In this document: positions 9,686 through 18,940 of the stretch, piece by piece
Position numbering within the stretch: the stretch's first letter is position 1
Layout: each line of letters begins with the position of its first letter
Assembly: GCA_963828495.1 (NCBI GenBank)
Contig: CAWHFJ010000013.1
Span: 71,952 to 135,951 of the forward strand
DNA from: Candidatus Omnitrophota bacterium
GTDB taxonomy: Bacteria > Omnitrophota > Gorgyraeia > Zapsychrales > Fredricksoniimonadaceae
Length of the DNA stretch: 64,000 nt
Direction: 5' to 3'
The notes under the pieces: generated by a model
The model's input: only the letters and a program-made list of their open reading frames with translations
The model's database searches: none
What the model was told of the DNA's origin: nothing
Program-made: the position numbers and the translations under genes

Positions 9686-10677
9686 AACGACCTTTTTCCT
9701 GCCCTATTTTTTATCTTGCTCCAGTCTCTATGCACTCTGTTGCGAACTCTCTTAAAAAACGGATCCCTCAATACCGGCTTGGGCTCTCTGCCGACGGTTT
9801 TGATAAATTCTTCCCTCAAGCGTTGAATATGCCATACCTGCAACGGTTCAAAAAATTTTATCCCCTTATCATCAAAAAATTCTCTAATAGAATCGTAATA
9901 CCATCCCACCCCTGTACTTTTCAATTCATCGATAGCTGCTATGCCATCCAACCATTCCTGCGGGATATCCGCGCATAGGGCCTTGTCATCATCCATCGTA
10001 ATAGCATATTTCGCATTGATCTGGGCCGGGCTGCTTTGGCCTAAATAAAATTCGCGACATCTTTGAAAGGCCTGTTTCATCTGAAATCTCTCGAATGGCA
10101 CAAATTGAAAATGTAAAACGCCACCCTTTTCCAATGGGAGTTTGATCTGGTTGGCCGGGGTGTTTTCCCCAGGAGTGCGGCCTTCATGAAGTGTTGCCCC
10201 TCCTGTAAATTGTGATGTCCCATCATCGCAAAACACGAAATCTTTATACAGCCCGGACCAGACAGACCCATCCCGGCGGTATTTACGGGCATCTTTCCAT
10301 AAACACAGCCATTGTAACGTTAATTTCTGGCCGGGCTTAAGGGGCCTGAGATAATTCCGAAATTCCGCAAGCATATGAGAGCCAAACGCCTCGTCCGCAT
10401 CCAGCCAGATAAAATGTGTTCCTCCTCGCTGTCTGCCCCAATCCAACAACATCTGACGCCATAATGAGTAATCGATAGGATCATAGGGCTGTTCTTTGAT
10501 CTGTACCCCCAAAGACTTCAACAGTTCGGCTGTCCGATCGGTTGATGGCGTATACAAAGCCAGTATCTCATCAGCAAAACGCTGCAATTGAGGGATCGAT
10601 GTGGGCAATATCCATTCTTCATTCTTGACTGGCAACAGAGCAATGATCTTCACATGCGCCTCTTTATCCATCGGCAT
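9682..10677 (-). CDS. putative GT-A-fold glycosyltransferase (GT2-like)
   Basis: 331-aa ORF with IIALLPVKNEEWILPTSIPQL and IWLDADEAF (DxD-like). Operon context supports the call. Confidence 0.55.
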   Translation of the reverse strand: MPMDKEAHVKIIALLPVKNEEWILPTSIPQLQRFADEILALYTPSTDRTAELLKSLGVQIKEQPYDPIDYSLWRQMLLDWGRQRGGTHFIWLDADEAFGSHMLAEFRNYLRPLKPGQKLTLQWLCLWKDARKYRRDGSVWSGLYKDFVFCDDGTSQFTGGATLHEGRTPGENTPANQIKLPLEKGGVLHFQFVPFERFQMKQAFQRCREFYLGQSSPAQINAKYAITMDDDKALCADIPQEWLDGIAAIDELKSTGVGWYYDSIREFFDDKGIKFFEPLQVWHIQRLREEFIKTVGREPKPVLRDPFFKRVRNRVHRDWSKIKNRAGKRSL

Positions 10678-11801
10678 CCGTAATAAATATGGTCAAAGAA
10701 AATCCTCGGCTTCCCATAATACGCAGCGGCGCGGGAAACATCTTTTAAAATCTTTTTTGATACGACATCCTTATCAAAGTACCTGACAGCAAAGTCACGG
10801 GCGCGCCTGGCAAGCTCAGGGGTCTTCTCTCTATGTTCAACGAAGAACTTCATAAATTCATAGTACTGTTGCCAATCATCAATACCCGCAACCTTGCCAA
10901 AAGGCCCCTGCAACAGGAACATATGATCGTTATGATAACGAGACCTGTGCGATATGACAGGATTCTGCGCCAGCATGGCTTCAGCGATCGCCACCCCCAA
11001 GGTTTCACCATCAGCGCGCGCATGAGCGAACACATCAATGTCTTGATAGAAACATTGCAGCTGTGTATCGGAAAGCCATTCTCTAAATTCGACTTGCTGC
11101 AAATTTAATTCTCTCACAAGATCACGCGCCTTAGGGGAAGGGTTCACATACACGTACTTGACTTTATCCTTATATTCTTTCTCCAGCTTTGCAAACGCCA
11201 GTAACGATATGGGGTCAAAAATATTAGGGGCCGGCCTGCCGCATCTGCCAAAAACAATCTGTTCGCTTTTTGACTTTGACACGCCTTTTTTATGATTCAA
11301 TGGAGGGACCGTTAGGGGGTTAAAGAAAGTTTGCGCGAACCATATCCCTTTTTTTCTCAATTGAGATGTCCCCCCAACCCCGGAAACATATAACTGCCTC
11401 ACATTACCGTTAGAACAAAATGCGGCAAACGGCGATATCAAAAAAAGAGGGATTTTTTTGGGTATATTAATGATCGGAAACTGAGTGCCGGACCAAACCG
11501 CCCCAATAAACACGCTCGGATCAACTGTTGCAAGTATCGCGTTGAGATCCGGCTTCATGTCCAAACATCGAAATGGCTCCTGGCTCTCTCGATGACTATG
11601 CGTAAAGGAGAGAAAGTTGCAGTTGGCAAGCCCTAACAAATCCGCAGGAATGGCCTGGCCGTTATTTTTCCCGTAAACCGCAAAAACATCAAACACGTCC
11701 GCATTCGATAAAATACGCATAAAATCATGCAGAAGCTTTTCCGTGCTCCCAATCGATGCGCCAAACAAATTATCATGATAAACAATAACACGTGTCTTCA
11801 T
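10650..11801 (-). CDS. glycosyltransferase, GT-B fold (GT4-like)
   Basis: DVFAHARADGETLGVAIAEAMLAQNPVISH is paralogous to the GT half of 7763-9685. I moved the start to MKTRVIVYHDN (ATG 11801-11799), which forms a TGATG overlap with the upstream stop. The ORF track lists 10650-11912. Confidence 0.65.
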   Translation of the reverse strand: MKTRVIVYHDNLFGASIGSTEKLLHDFMRILSNADVFDVFAVYGKNNGQAIPADLLGLANCNFLSFTHSHRESQEPFRCLDMKPDLNAILATVDPSVFIGAVWSGTQFPIINIPKKIPLFLISPFAAFCSNGNVRQLYVSGVGGTSQLRKKGIWFAQTFFNPLTVPPLNHKKGVSKSKSEQIVFGRCGRPAPNIFDPISLLAFAKLEKEYKDKVKYVYVNPSPKARDLVRELNLQQVEFREWLSDTQLQCFYQDIDVFAHARADGETLGVAIAEAMLAQNPVISHRSRYHNDHMFLLQGPFGKVAGIDDWQQYYEFMKFFVEHREKTPELARRARDFAVRYFDKDVVSKKILKDVSRAAAYYGKPRIFFDHIYYGCRWIKRRM

Positions 11802-12730
11802 CAATAGCGTCTCTGCTTGAACTTTTTCTTTGCACTTCTCACCAACCTTCTTAACAAACTTCTCTCTTTTTCCAACTGCCAGTAATAACGCCCCATGCCT
11901 TTGGCAAACCATTCCCTCCGGCGCCTCTCAAGAAGCTCGTCGTACCCGGGGACGAAAGAACGCATAGGCTGCCATGTGCCGTTGTACAATATATAGGGAA
12001 TATTATAACGGACCGCAGCGGGCAAGTAGTTATAGTCGATCTTGTCGTATATCCCGTAGCGCAATTCTATGACCGTACGTTCCAGAGGCTGCAGAATCCC
12101 TTGACTGGCGCTTTGGGCGGCGTCAAGTTTATAGACAAGGATGCCTTCGGTTTTCTTAAATTGACAATTGAACGCAGCCCGGATTTGAAATTCGAAATCT
12201 CCTCCTGAACGCAACTGCTCGTCCCAAAAACCGACTTTTTCAAGCAATTGTCTTCTAAAGAAATGGTTTGGGCCCACCATGCTGCCACGAGTGAAACTAG
12301 AACGGTCGAAATCCGCCGTCACTATGCGCTTGCCCGTCGTATCACCGATCTTTTTAACATCCAAAAAATCTCCATAAGTAAAATCTACGTCAAGATTATT
12401 GTCCAGTGTTTTGATCTGGCGGACATACGCATCCGGGGGCCTGAGATCATCGACATCGGCATAAACGACATAGGGAGAATCTGCCATTGTGTAGCCCCGG
12501 TTTGTCGATGCCCCTATGGCCTCTCTGGGGGTATAGACGAGCCGAAATGTCCCTGGAAACCTGTTCTGGTATGCGTCCGCGATCTTTCTTTCCGCAGGGG
12601 TCGCATCGTTCAATACCACAATGACCTGAAATCCATCGAGCCCTTCCAGGGAAAGGATATTTTGAAAATAAAGTTCCAGATACTTTTCCGCTTTGTACGC
12701 GGAAGTTACTATTGTTAATATTTTAGGCAT
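11801..12730 (-). CDS. glycosyltransferase family 2
   Basis: ILTIVTSAYKAEKYLELYFQNILS and YADVDD (DxD). The start is set at MPKILTIV (12730); the track ORF extends to 12760. Confidence 0.75.
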   Translation of the reverse strand: MPKILTIVTSAYKAEKYLELYFQNILSLEGLDGFQVIVVLNDATPAERKIADAYQNRFPGTFRLVYTPREAIGASTNRGYTMADSPYVVYADVDDLRPPDAYVRQIKTLDNNLDVDFTYGDFLDVKKIGDTTGKRIVTADFDRSSFTRGSMVGPNHFFRRQLLEKVGFWDEQLRSGGDFEFQIRAAFNCQFKKTEGILVYKLDAAQSASQGILQPLERTVIELRYGIYDKIDYNYLPAAVRYNIPYILYNGTWQPMRSFVPGYDELLERRRREWFAKGMGRYYWQLEKERSLLRRLVRSAKKKFKQRRY

Positions 12731-13715
12731 CTGCTCCCCTTGAGGCGTTTGACCGCGCATTCAACACCTGCCGGGCAATCCACTTGTAGGTAATCTCAAG
12801 TCCGATATTAAGAGGCTGTGCGGGTCTCCAGGCCAATTTTTTAAAAATAAGTGCGTTATCGGATTTCCGTCCACGCACGCCCAAAGGGCCTTTAATATTT
12901 TTGATCAAAAGTTTTTTACCGGAAATAGCGATCACTCGCCCTGCCAATTCATTGATAGTGACCATTTCTTCGGAACCCATGTTCACCGGCCCCATAAAAT
13001 CTGAATCCATGAAACGGCGCATCCCTTCGAGACATTCGTCTATGTAGAGGAACGTGCGGGTCTGCTTGCCATCCCCCCATATCTCTATGGAAGTGCCGTC
13101 CTGTGCTTCGGCCACCTTACGACATATGGCCGCGGGTGATTTTTCTCTGCCATTATTCCATGACCCTTCGGGACCGAAGATATTATGAAAACGCGCAACC
13201 TTGACATTCAGACCGCTATTACGGCTATACGCAAAATACAAACGCTCGCTAAAAAGTTTTTCCCACCCATACTCGCTGTCCGGAGCCGCAGGATACGCGG
13301 AATCTTCCGCACACAGCGGATTATCAGGGTCAAGCTGGTTGCGTTCGGGATAAATGCATGCGGAAGAAGAATAAAATATTTTTTTAACCTTATGGACACG
13401 GGCTAATTCAACAATATTCAGATTAATCATCGCGGAATTATGCATCACATGAGCATCATTGTCCCCTGTAAATATATATCCTGCTCCGCCCATGTCAGCC
13501 GCCAGTTGATACACTTCATCGAAAGACTGGTCTACGGCCCTTGCCGCGACCAATGGGTCGCGTAGGTCACCGATGATGAATTCATCCGCAGATGTCTTAC
13601 TGTATTCGGGGAACTTTAAATCAACACCACGCACCCAAAAGCCTTCTTTTTTGAGTCTTTGTGCCAAATGACTGCCAATAAACCCTCCGGCTCCACACAC
13701 CAGTACTCTTTTCAT
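12723..13715 (-). CDS. GDP-mannose 3,5-epimerase-family extended SDR
   Basis: 330-aa ORF with GAGGFIGSHL, LAADMGGAGYI, SSACIYPE, RFHNIFGPEGSWNNGREKSPAAICRK, WGDGKQTRTFLYIDECLEG and GPLGVRGRKSDN. Block by block these match the plant GME sequence as I remember it. Confidence 0.8.
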   Translation of the reverse strand: MKRVLVCGAGGFIGSHLAQRLKKEGFWVRGVDLKFPEYSKTSADEFIIGDLRDPLVAARAVDQSFDEVYQLAADMGGAGYIFTGDNDAHVMHNSAMINLNIVELARVHKVKKIFYSSSACIYPERNQLDPDNPLCAEDSAYPAAPDSEYGWEKLFSERLYFAYSRNSGLNVKVARFHNIFGPEGSWNNGREKSPAAICRKVAEAQDGTSIEIWGDGKQTRTFLYIDECLEGMRRFMDSDFMGPVNMGSEEMVTINELAGRVIAISGKKLLIKNIKGPLGVRGRKSDNALIFKKLAWRPAQPLNIGLEITYKWIARQVLNARSNASRGADA

Positions 13716-13753
13716 TATTTCTCTCCTTCCTAAAAAATTGCTTTCTAAAATAA

Positions 13754-14623
13754 TTACTGGATTTGTGCCGCTTCCTTAATGTGCCTATTAGAAATGCGGC
13801 CTTTATAGAATGCCACAATCCGGTTAATGCCTTCCGCCATGTTTGTTTTTGGTTCCCAATATTCACGAATGAACTCATCCGGTTGGTTGCGTTTACCCAG
13901 CTGGAGTTGATCATTGGATTGGCCCGGCTTAATCACAGTCCCCGGGAAATGTCCAGCGATCATCCGTGCCACCTCCAGGATACTGACCCATTCAAAACTG
14001 GTGATATGCAGTTCTTTATCCCGATGGATCTCGGCATATTTTTGAGAAAGGATGCTCATGGCCTCACAGGCGTCCTGAGCATACAAAAATTGCCGGACCT
14101 CAGTGCCGTCGGTCAGCATATCAATACATTGCGTATTTTGAGCTTTCAGGACAAAATCGGTAATGACATGTGTTTTTTCGGGATCATTTTCTATGCCATA
14201 AACATTCCAGAACTTGACCACCAAGCCCCCTAAGACTTTTGTGTAATACTCCCCTATGGCTTTGAGCACACCATAGGAGGAATAATTCATATTCGACATC
14301 TGGCTTGAAGTAAAAATGAATTTACTCCTATATTTTTTAAACAGGTCAAATGTGGCGTTCATGATCTTTACGTTATTGGAGATAAAATCATAGGTGTTCT
14401 GGTATTTCTTCAGATACAACGAGCCGCCGACATCAAAGGCAAGAAAAAAAACAAAATCGCATTGGCCAAGGTATTTCTCCAATAACGCATTATGGTCAAT
14501 ACGCAAGTCTTCTTGAGGGCTGCGGACGATATCAAATTCATAAACCGTATGACCCTGCTCTTTAAGATAGCTCGTTAAAGCCGACCCCACCTGTCCTTCT
14601 GACCCCAAAACAAGATATTTCAT
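13754..14623 (-). CDS. NAD(P)-dependent sugar-nucleotide epimerase/reductase (extended SDR)
   Basis: 289-aa ORF with MKYLVLGSEGQVGSAL (Rossmann) and TSS...YGVLK (S-Y-K triad). Confidence 0.7.
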   Translation of the reverse strand: MKYLVLGSEGQVGSALTSYLKEQGHTVYEFDIVRSPQEDLRIDHNALLEKYLGQCDFVFFLAFDVGGSLYLKKYQNTYDFISNNVKIMNATFDLFKKYRSKFIFTSSQMSNMNYSSYGVLKAIGEYYTKVLGGLVVKFWNVYGIENDPEKTHVITDFVLKAQNTQCIDMLTDGTEVRQFLYAQDACEAMSILSQKYAEIHRDKELHITSFEWVSILEVARMIAGHFPGTVIKPGQSNDQLQLGKRNQPDEFIREYWEPKTNMAEGINRIVAFYKGRISNRHIKEAAQIQ

Positions 14624-14626
14624 AAA

Positions 14627-15883
14627 TCAACTCCCGCAAAACCATTGCTGATTGATAATAAAATCCCCATTACCCCCGCCGGGCACATCATGTCCTGTCC
14701 CGAAAAGATCACACTGTGTTATTTCAAATTGAATGGCGTTTTCCCACTCATCCCACCGCTCCATGCCCCAGACCCTGACAGAAAAATAGAACGCATAAAC
14801 GCCCATCGTCAATGGCAGAGGCCCCAGCTTGCAAACAAAATGCGTATCTTCTTTTCTAAAATACGTGTTTTGGACAGGATTGGCGGCGCCGAAGCTAATT
14901 CTGTTTCCCCTGGCATTAAAGAGAATGAATTCAATGGTGTATCTGCCCGCCGGCGCTTGGCCATTGGACCAAAGATGGACTTCGATTGTGTCCCCCGCCG
15001 CGAATCGGCAACAGGGAGTCCCTGTCGCATTCCTTAATTCCACCTTGTTTAAATAGTAATGACGAAAATTAAGATTTCTGGTTTTAGTCGGAACATACTC
15101 CAGGCTTTCTTGCAGGGACGTCTCCTCATAAAACGCAGTCACTTCGTCGGTCGCTCCGATCTTTAGCGCCTCGCCCTTGGCAAGCAGGAGGACCTGACGG
15201 CACAATTGACGAATACTCCCCATGTCATGGCTCACAAACAAAACAGTTCGCCCTGCGTTTTCACCGATGTCCTTCATTTTTCCCAAACATTTGGCCCTGA
15301 AATTAATGTCCCCAACCGCCAAAACCTCATCCACCACCAGAATCTCTGCATCCAAATGGGCCGCCACGGCAAAAGCCAAACGCATATACATGCCCGAAGA
15401 ATACCTTTTGACAGGCGTATCAATAAACTTCTCCATCTCGGCGAAGGCGACAATGTCATCGAATTTCCTGCTCATTTCTTTTCTCGTCATGCCCAAAATC
15501 ACGCCGTTGAGATAAATATTTTCACGGCCTGTCAGCTCCGGATGAAATCCCGTGCCGACCTCAAGAAGGCTGGCCACTCTGCCATGCAGTTCGATGCGCC
15601 CTGTCGTTGGCTCGGTAATACGGCTTAACGTCTTTAACAGCGTGCTTTTGCCGGCGCCGTTGCGGCCGATGATCCCCAGACACTCCCCGCGTTTGACCTC
15701 GAAAGACACATCCTTAAGAGCCCAGAAATCCTCAACGCTGGCACCCCCTTTTTGAGGCGGATGCCATAAAGACCCCCACTGGCGCGCCAGGGCCTCGCGC
15801 ATAGTCTGATACCTTTCGCGTCCCTCATGGCGGATCTGATATTTCTTACCTAAATGTTGAACTTTAATAGCAATATCCGACAT
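14627..15883 (-). CDS. wzt: polysaccharide ABC exporter ATP-binding protein with C-terminal glycan-binding-type domain (Wzt)
   Basis: 418-aa ORF with Walker A GIIGRNGAGKSTLLK, signature YSSGMYMRLAF and Walker B ILVVDEVL. A ~160-aa C-terminal extension follows, as in Wzt proteins that read the glycan terminus. Confidence 0.9.
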   Translation of the reverse strand: MSDIAIKVQHLGKKYQIRHEGRERYQTMREALARQWGSLWHPPQKGGASVEDFWALKDVSFEVKRGECLGIIGRNGAGKSTLLKTLSRITEPTTGRIELHGRVASLLEVGTGFHPELTGRENIYLNGVILGMTRKEMSRKFDDIVAFAEMEKFIDTPVKRYSSGMYMRLAFAVAAHLDAEILVVDEVLAVGDINFRAKCLGKMKDIGENAGRTVLFVSHDMGSIRQLCRQVLLLAKGEALKIGATDEVTAFYEETSLQESLEYVPTKTRNLNFRHYYLNKVELRNATGTPCCRFAAGDTIEVHLWSNGQAPAGRYTIEFILFNARGNRISFGAANPVQNTYFRKEDTHFVCKLGPLPLTMGVYAFYFSVRVWGMERWDEWENAIQFEITQCDLFGTGHDVPGGGNGDFIINQQWFCGS

Positions 15884-15889
15884 AGTCCC

Positions 15890-16696
15890 TTAGATCACAT
15901 CCGCAAAAGTTTTTTCTGTCTTCCTAAAATACCATATCCCTAAAATAAAAAGCCCTATGGACATCCCTACCGAAAGCACAAATGACGGGATCCTCAGCGG
16001 TTGGCCCAAAATCGCCCAGCGGAATCCATCGATCACACCGACCATAGGATTCACCGCATACAACAAACGCCACTTCTCGGGCACCACATCACTGCTGAAC
16101 CCCACAGGTGAAATATACAAGCCGAACTGGACTATAAAAGGCACCACATAACGGAAATCCCGGTATTTCACGTTAAGCGCCGTTATGTATAATCCGGCTC
16201 CCATGGCCGTCAAGAACGCCAACAGAATAAAGACCGGCAGCGTCAGGATATTCCAGCTGGGGGCATACCTATAAAAGACCATCAAAACTGCCAGGATCCC
16301 CAAAGCGATAAAAAAATCTACCAAGGCCACAATGACCGTACTGGTCGGCATGATGATCCGCGGGAAATAAATCTTGGTTAAAAGATTGGTGTTACCAATC
16401 AGGCTGTTGCTGGCCTCTGAAAAAGCGCTCGAAAAAAACTGCCAGGGCAGCATCGCGGCATAGACAAGGATGGGATAGGGTACGCCTCCTGACGGAAGCT
16501 TAGCGATCTTCCCGAATACGATCGTGAACACGACCATGGTCAAAAACGGCCGCAGCACGGCCCAGAGCACACCAAAAACCGTCTGCTTGTAACGCACCAG
16601 GATATCGCGCCAGGCCAGAAAAATAAAAAGCTCCCGGTAACGCCACAGGTCCCGGAAATATTGCCCTTCAGTTTTACCGGCTTCAATGATCAACAT
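15890..16696 (-). CDS. wzm: polysaccharide ABC exporter permease, ABC-2 type (Wzm)
   Basis: 268-aa ORF with six predicted TM segments and the N-terminal RYKQTVFGVLWAVLRPFL ABC-2 motif. Confidence 0.9.
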   Translation of the reverse strand: MLIIEAGKTEGQYFRDLWRYRELFIFLAWRDILVRYKQTVFGVLWAVLRPFLTMVVFTIVFGKIAKLPSGGVPYPILVYAAMLPWQFFSSAFSEASNSLIGNTNLLTKIYFPRIIMPTSTVIVALVDFFIALGILAVLMVFYRYAPSWNILTLPVFILLAFLTAMGAGLYITALNVKYRDFRYVVPFIVQFGLYISPVGFSSDVVPEKWRLLYAVNPMVGVIDGFRWAILGQPLRIPSFVLSVGMSIGLFILGIWYFRKTEKTFADVI

Positions 16697-16699
16697 TCT

Positions 16700-17785
16700 T
16701 TAAAATCCCAAAAAACGCCGTTGAGACACGATAAAATCAGCGACGGTCTTACTCCAGATTTCTGCTGCTCTCTTAGTCGGATGAGATGAATCAGTAAAAT
16801 CTAAATCCGTAGAATTGGGCAAACGCTTACCTAAATCGATATACCGCACCCTGGGTATTTTTTTAATCTCATTAAGAGATAAAGACATCTTTAAAACATA
16901 TTTCTTATAATACGCGGAGCTTTCACGGACCCATGGCGGCACAGGAAGATCAACGATCACTAAGGACGCTCCGCTTTGTGATATGTCTTTACAAAGGGCG
17001 AGAAAATCGTTCATCTGAGGATCTTGGGCAAAATCCTTAATAGCACCCAAACCTTCCTTCCAAAGCGTCAAAGCATTCTGCTTCATGGCCTCCCCTTTAA
17101 GCTCTTCTTGATGCTTGCCCATCATAGAATATAAAAACATCCAACCATCGACATAATACGATTGAATATCAAAGAAGATAATATCCCACCATAAGAACGG
17201 TCTTAATAAACCAACTGCCAACGGCATAAAATAAGGATCGATAGTAAGTGCCAACTTGTCATCCCTTAGCTTATATAAGCCATAACGTAGAGCTTCCAGT
17301 TGAAGGTAGGTTAAATTTTTATTTTTCCATAAAACATGCCCATACAGTGTGTTGTCATTGACAAATTCTCCGTAAAATGGGACAACAACAAAAATTGTTC
17401 CTTTCATCGATCGTGGGCTTGACATACGGATCACATCAACGACCTGCCTTAACTGAGTAACCGTTGAAGCGCCAACACCGGCATTGGTAACGGTAAAATC
17501 CGGCAACCGTGTTTGCAACACAGAAGGATATATCCCTACCCTGGCGGTAGATGATCCTATAATAATAATACGCTGGGTATCATGCTTGATCGTCCAAAAC
17601 CCCAAAAGAACGCTGGTGGTATCTTTTAAAAAAATGTTATCTACGTATTGATCGTGGGGGCGCATTCTACTATTATCGATCGCCCCGCTTTCCGGATAAA
17701 AAAAATATGTTAAAAATAAAAAAAACAAATACCAAAGACCAAAGAATCCCAGAATGATACCTGCTTGACGAACAATATTCTTCAT
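16700..17785 (-). CDS. membrane-anchored SGNH/DltD-like acyl-transferase/esterase, paralog 1
   Basis: 361-aa ORF with an N-terminal TM anchor (GIILGFFGLWYLFFLFLTYFF), IIIIGSSTA (G-x-S nucleophile block) and FTDSSHPT (D-x-x-H block). Confidence 0.65.
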   Translation of the reverse strand: MKNIVRQAGIILGFFGLWYLFFLFLTYFFYPESGAIDNSRMRPHDQYVDNIFLKDTTSVLLGFWTIKHDTQRIIIIGSSTARVGIYPSVLQTRLPDFTVTNAGVGASTVTQLRQVVDVIRMSSPRSMKGTIFVVVPFYGEFVNDNTLYGHVLWKNKNLTYLQLEALRYGLYKLRDDKLALTIDPYFMPLAVGLLRPFLWWDIIFFDIQSYYVDGWMFLYSMMGKHQEELKGEAMKQNALTLWKEGLGAIKDFAQDPQMNDFLALCKDISQSGASLVIVDLPVPPWVRESSAYYKKYVLKMSLSLNEIKKIPRVRYIDLGKRLPNSTDLDFTDSSHPTKRAAEIWSKTVADFIVSQRRFLGF

Positions 17786-17818
17786 AACGCGCCAAAAATC
17801 GTCTGCTTGTTAAATTTT

Positions 17819-18907
17819 CTAAAATCCTAAATAACGCCGTTGGGACACGATAAAATCAGCGACGGTCTTACTCCAGATTTCTGCTGCCTCCCTGGTCGGA
17901 TGGGCCGAATCCCTGAAATCTGAATCTGTACGACCCGGCAAACTCGTGCCCAAATCAATATACCGCACCCTGGGTATTTTTTTAATCTCATTAAGAGATA
18001 AAGACATCTTTAAAACATATTTCTTATAATACGCGGAGTTTTCACGGACCCACTGCGGCACAGGAATATCAACGATCACTAAGGACGCTTTGCTTTGTGA
18101 TATTTCTTTACAAAGGGCGAGAAAATCGTTCATCTGAGAATCTTGGGCAAAATCTTTAATAGCACCCAAATTAACCTTCCATTCCGCCCCAGCAGCCTGT
18201 TTCATTTTCTCTCCTTGAGGCTCTTCTTGATGCTTGCCCATCATAGAATATAAAAACATCCACCCATCGACATAAAACGAATCCGCATCAAAAAAGATAA
18301 CGTCCCAAAATAAAAACGGCCTTAATAAACGGACTGCCCACGGCATCAGATGAGGGTCAAGTGTCAATGCCAGCTTGTCCTCTCTTGGGCTATATAAGCC
18401 ATAACGCAGAGCTTCCGATTGAAAGTACGTGATATGTTTCCCCTTCCATACCACATGCCCATACTGTGCATGGTCATTGTAAAATACTCCGTAGAATATA
18501 CCGGCAACAAAGATTGTTCCTTCCATCGAGCCCGGACTTGACATGCGGATCACATCAACGATCTGCCTTAACTGAGGCACAATGGAGGCCCTCACACTCG
18601 CATTATGAATCGTGTACTCCGGAAACACGGTTTGCAATACAGAAGGGAGTATCCCCTGCCCGGCGTTAGATCCGCCTATAATAATGATACGCTTAGCATC
18701 ATGCTTGCTGGTCCAAAACCCCAAGAGATCGTTGGTGGCATCTTTTAAGAAAATACTCTTTATTAATTGATCATTACGCATCCTCATTTGACTGTTATTA
18801 ACAATCCCGCTTTCCGGATACAAAAAATATGTTAAAAATAAAAAAAACAAATACCAAAGACCAAGGAAGCCAAGAATGACACCTGCTTGACGAACAATAT
18901 TCTTCAT
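17819..18907 (-). CDS. membrane-anchored SGNH/DltD-like acyl-transferase/esterase, paralog 2
   Basis: 362-aa ORF with the same architecture: IIIIGGSNA and FRDSAHPT. An 81-nt stretch is identical to paralog 1. Confidence 0.65.
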   Translation of the reverse strand: MKNIVRQAGVILGFLGLWYLFFLFLTYFLYPESGIVNNSQMRMRNDQLIKSIFLKDATNDLLGFWTSKHDAKRIIIIGGSNAGQGILPSVLQTVFPEYTIHNASVRASIVPQLRQIVDVIRMSSPGSMEGTIFVAGIFYGVFYNDHAQYGHVVWKGKHITYFQSEALRYGLYSPREDKLALTLDPHLMPWAVRLLRPFLFWDVIFFDADSFYVDGWMFLYSMMGKHQEEPQGEKMKQAAGAEWKVNLGAIKDFAQDSQMNDFLALCKEISQSKASLVIVDIPVPQWVRENSAYYKKYVLKMSLSLNEIKKIPRVRYIDLGTSLPGRTDSDFRDSAHPTREAAEIWSKTVADFIVSQRRYLGF

Positions 18908-18940
18908 AACACGCCAAAAATCGTCTGCTTGTTAAGTTTT

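Noticed and set aside
12248-14233. Long plus-strand ORFs of 156 aa (12248-12718 and 13763-14233), and similar ones elsewhere (e.g. 59749-60213, 36416-36739, 46437-47206)
   Set aside because: All are antisense to well-supported minus-strand genes, have low-complexity or biased composition, and lack an SD or known motifs. I treated them as shadow ORFs.
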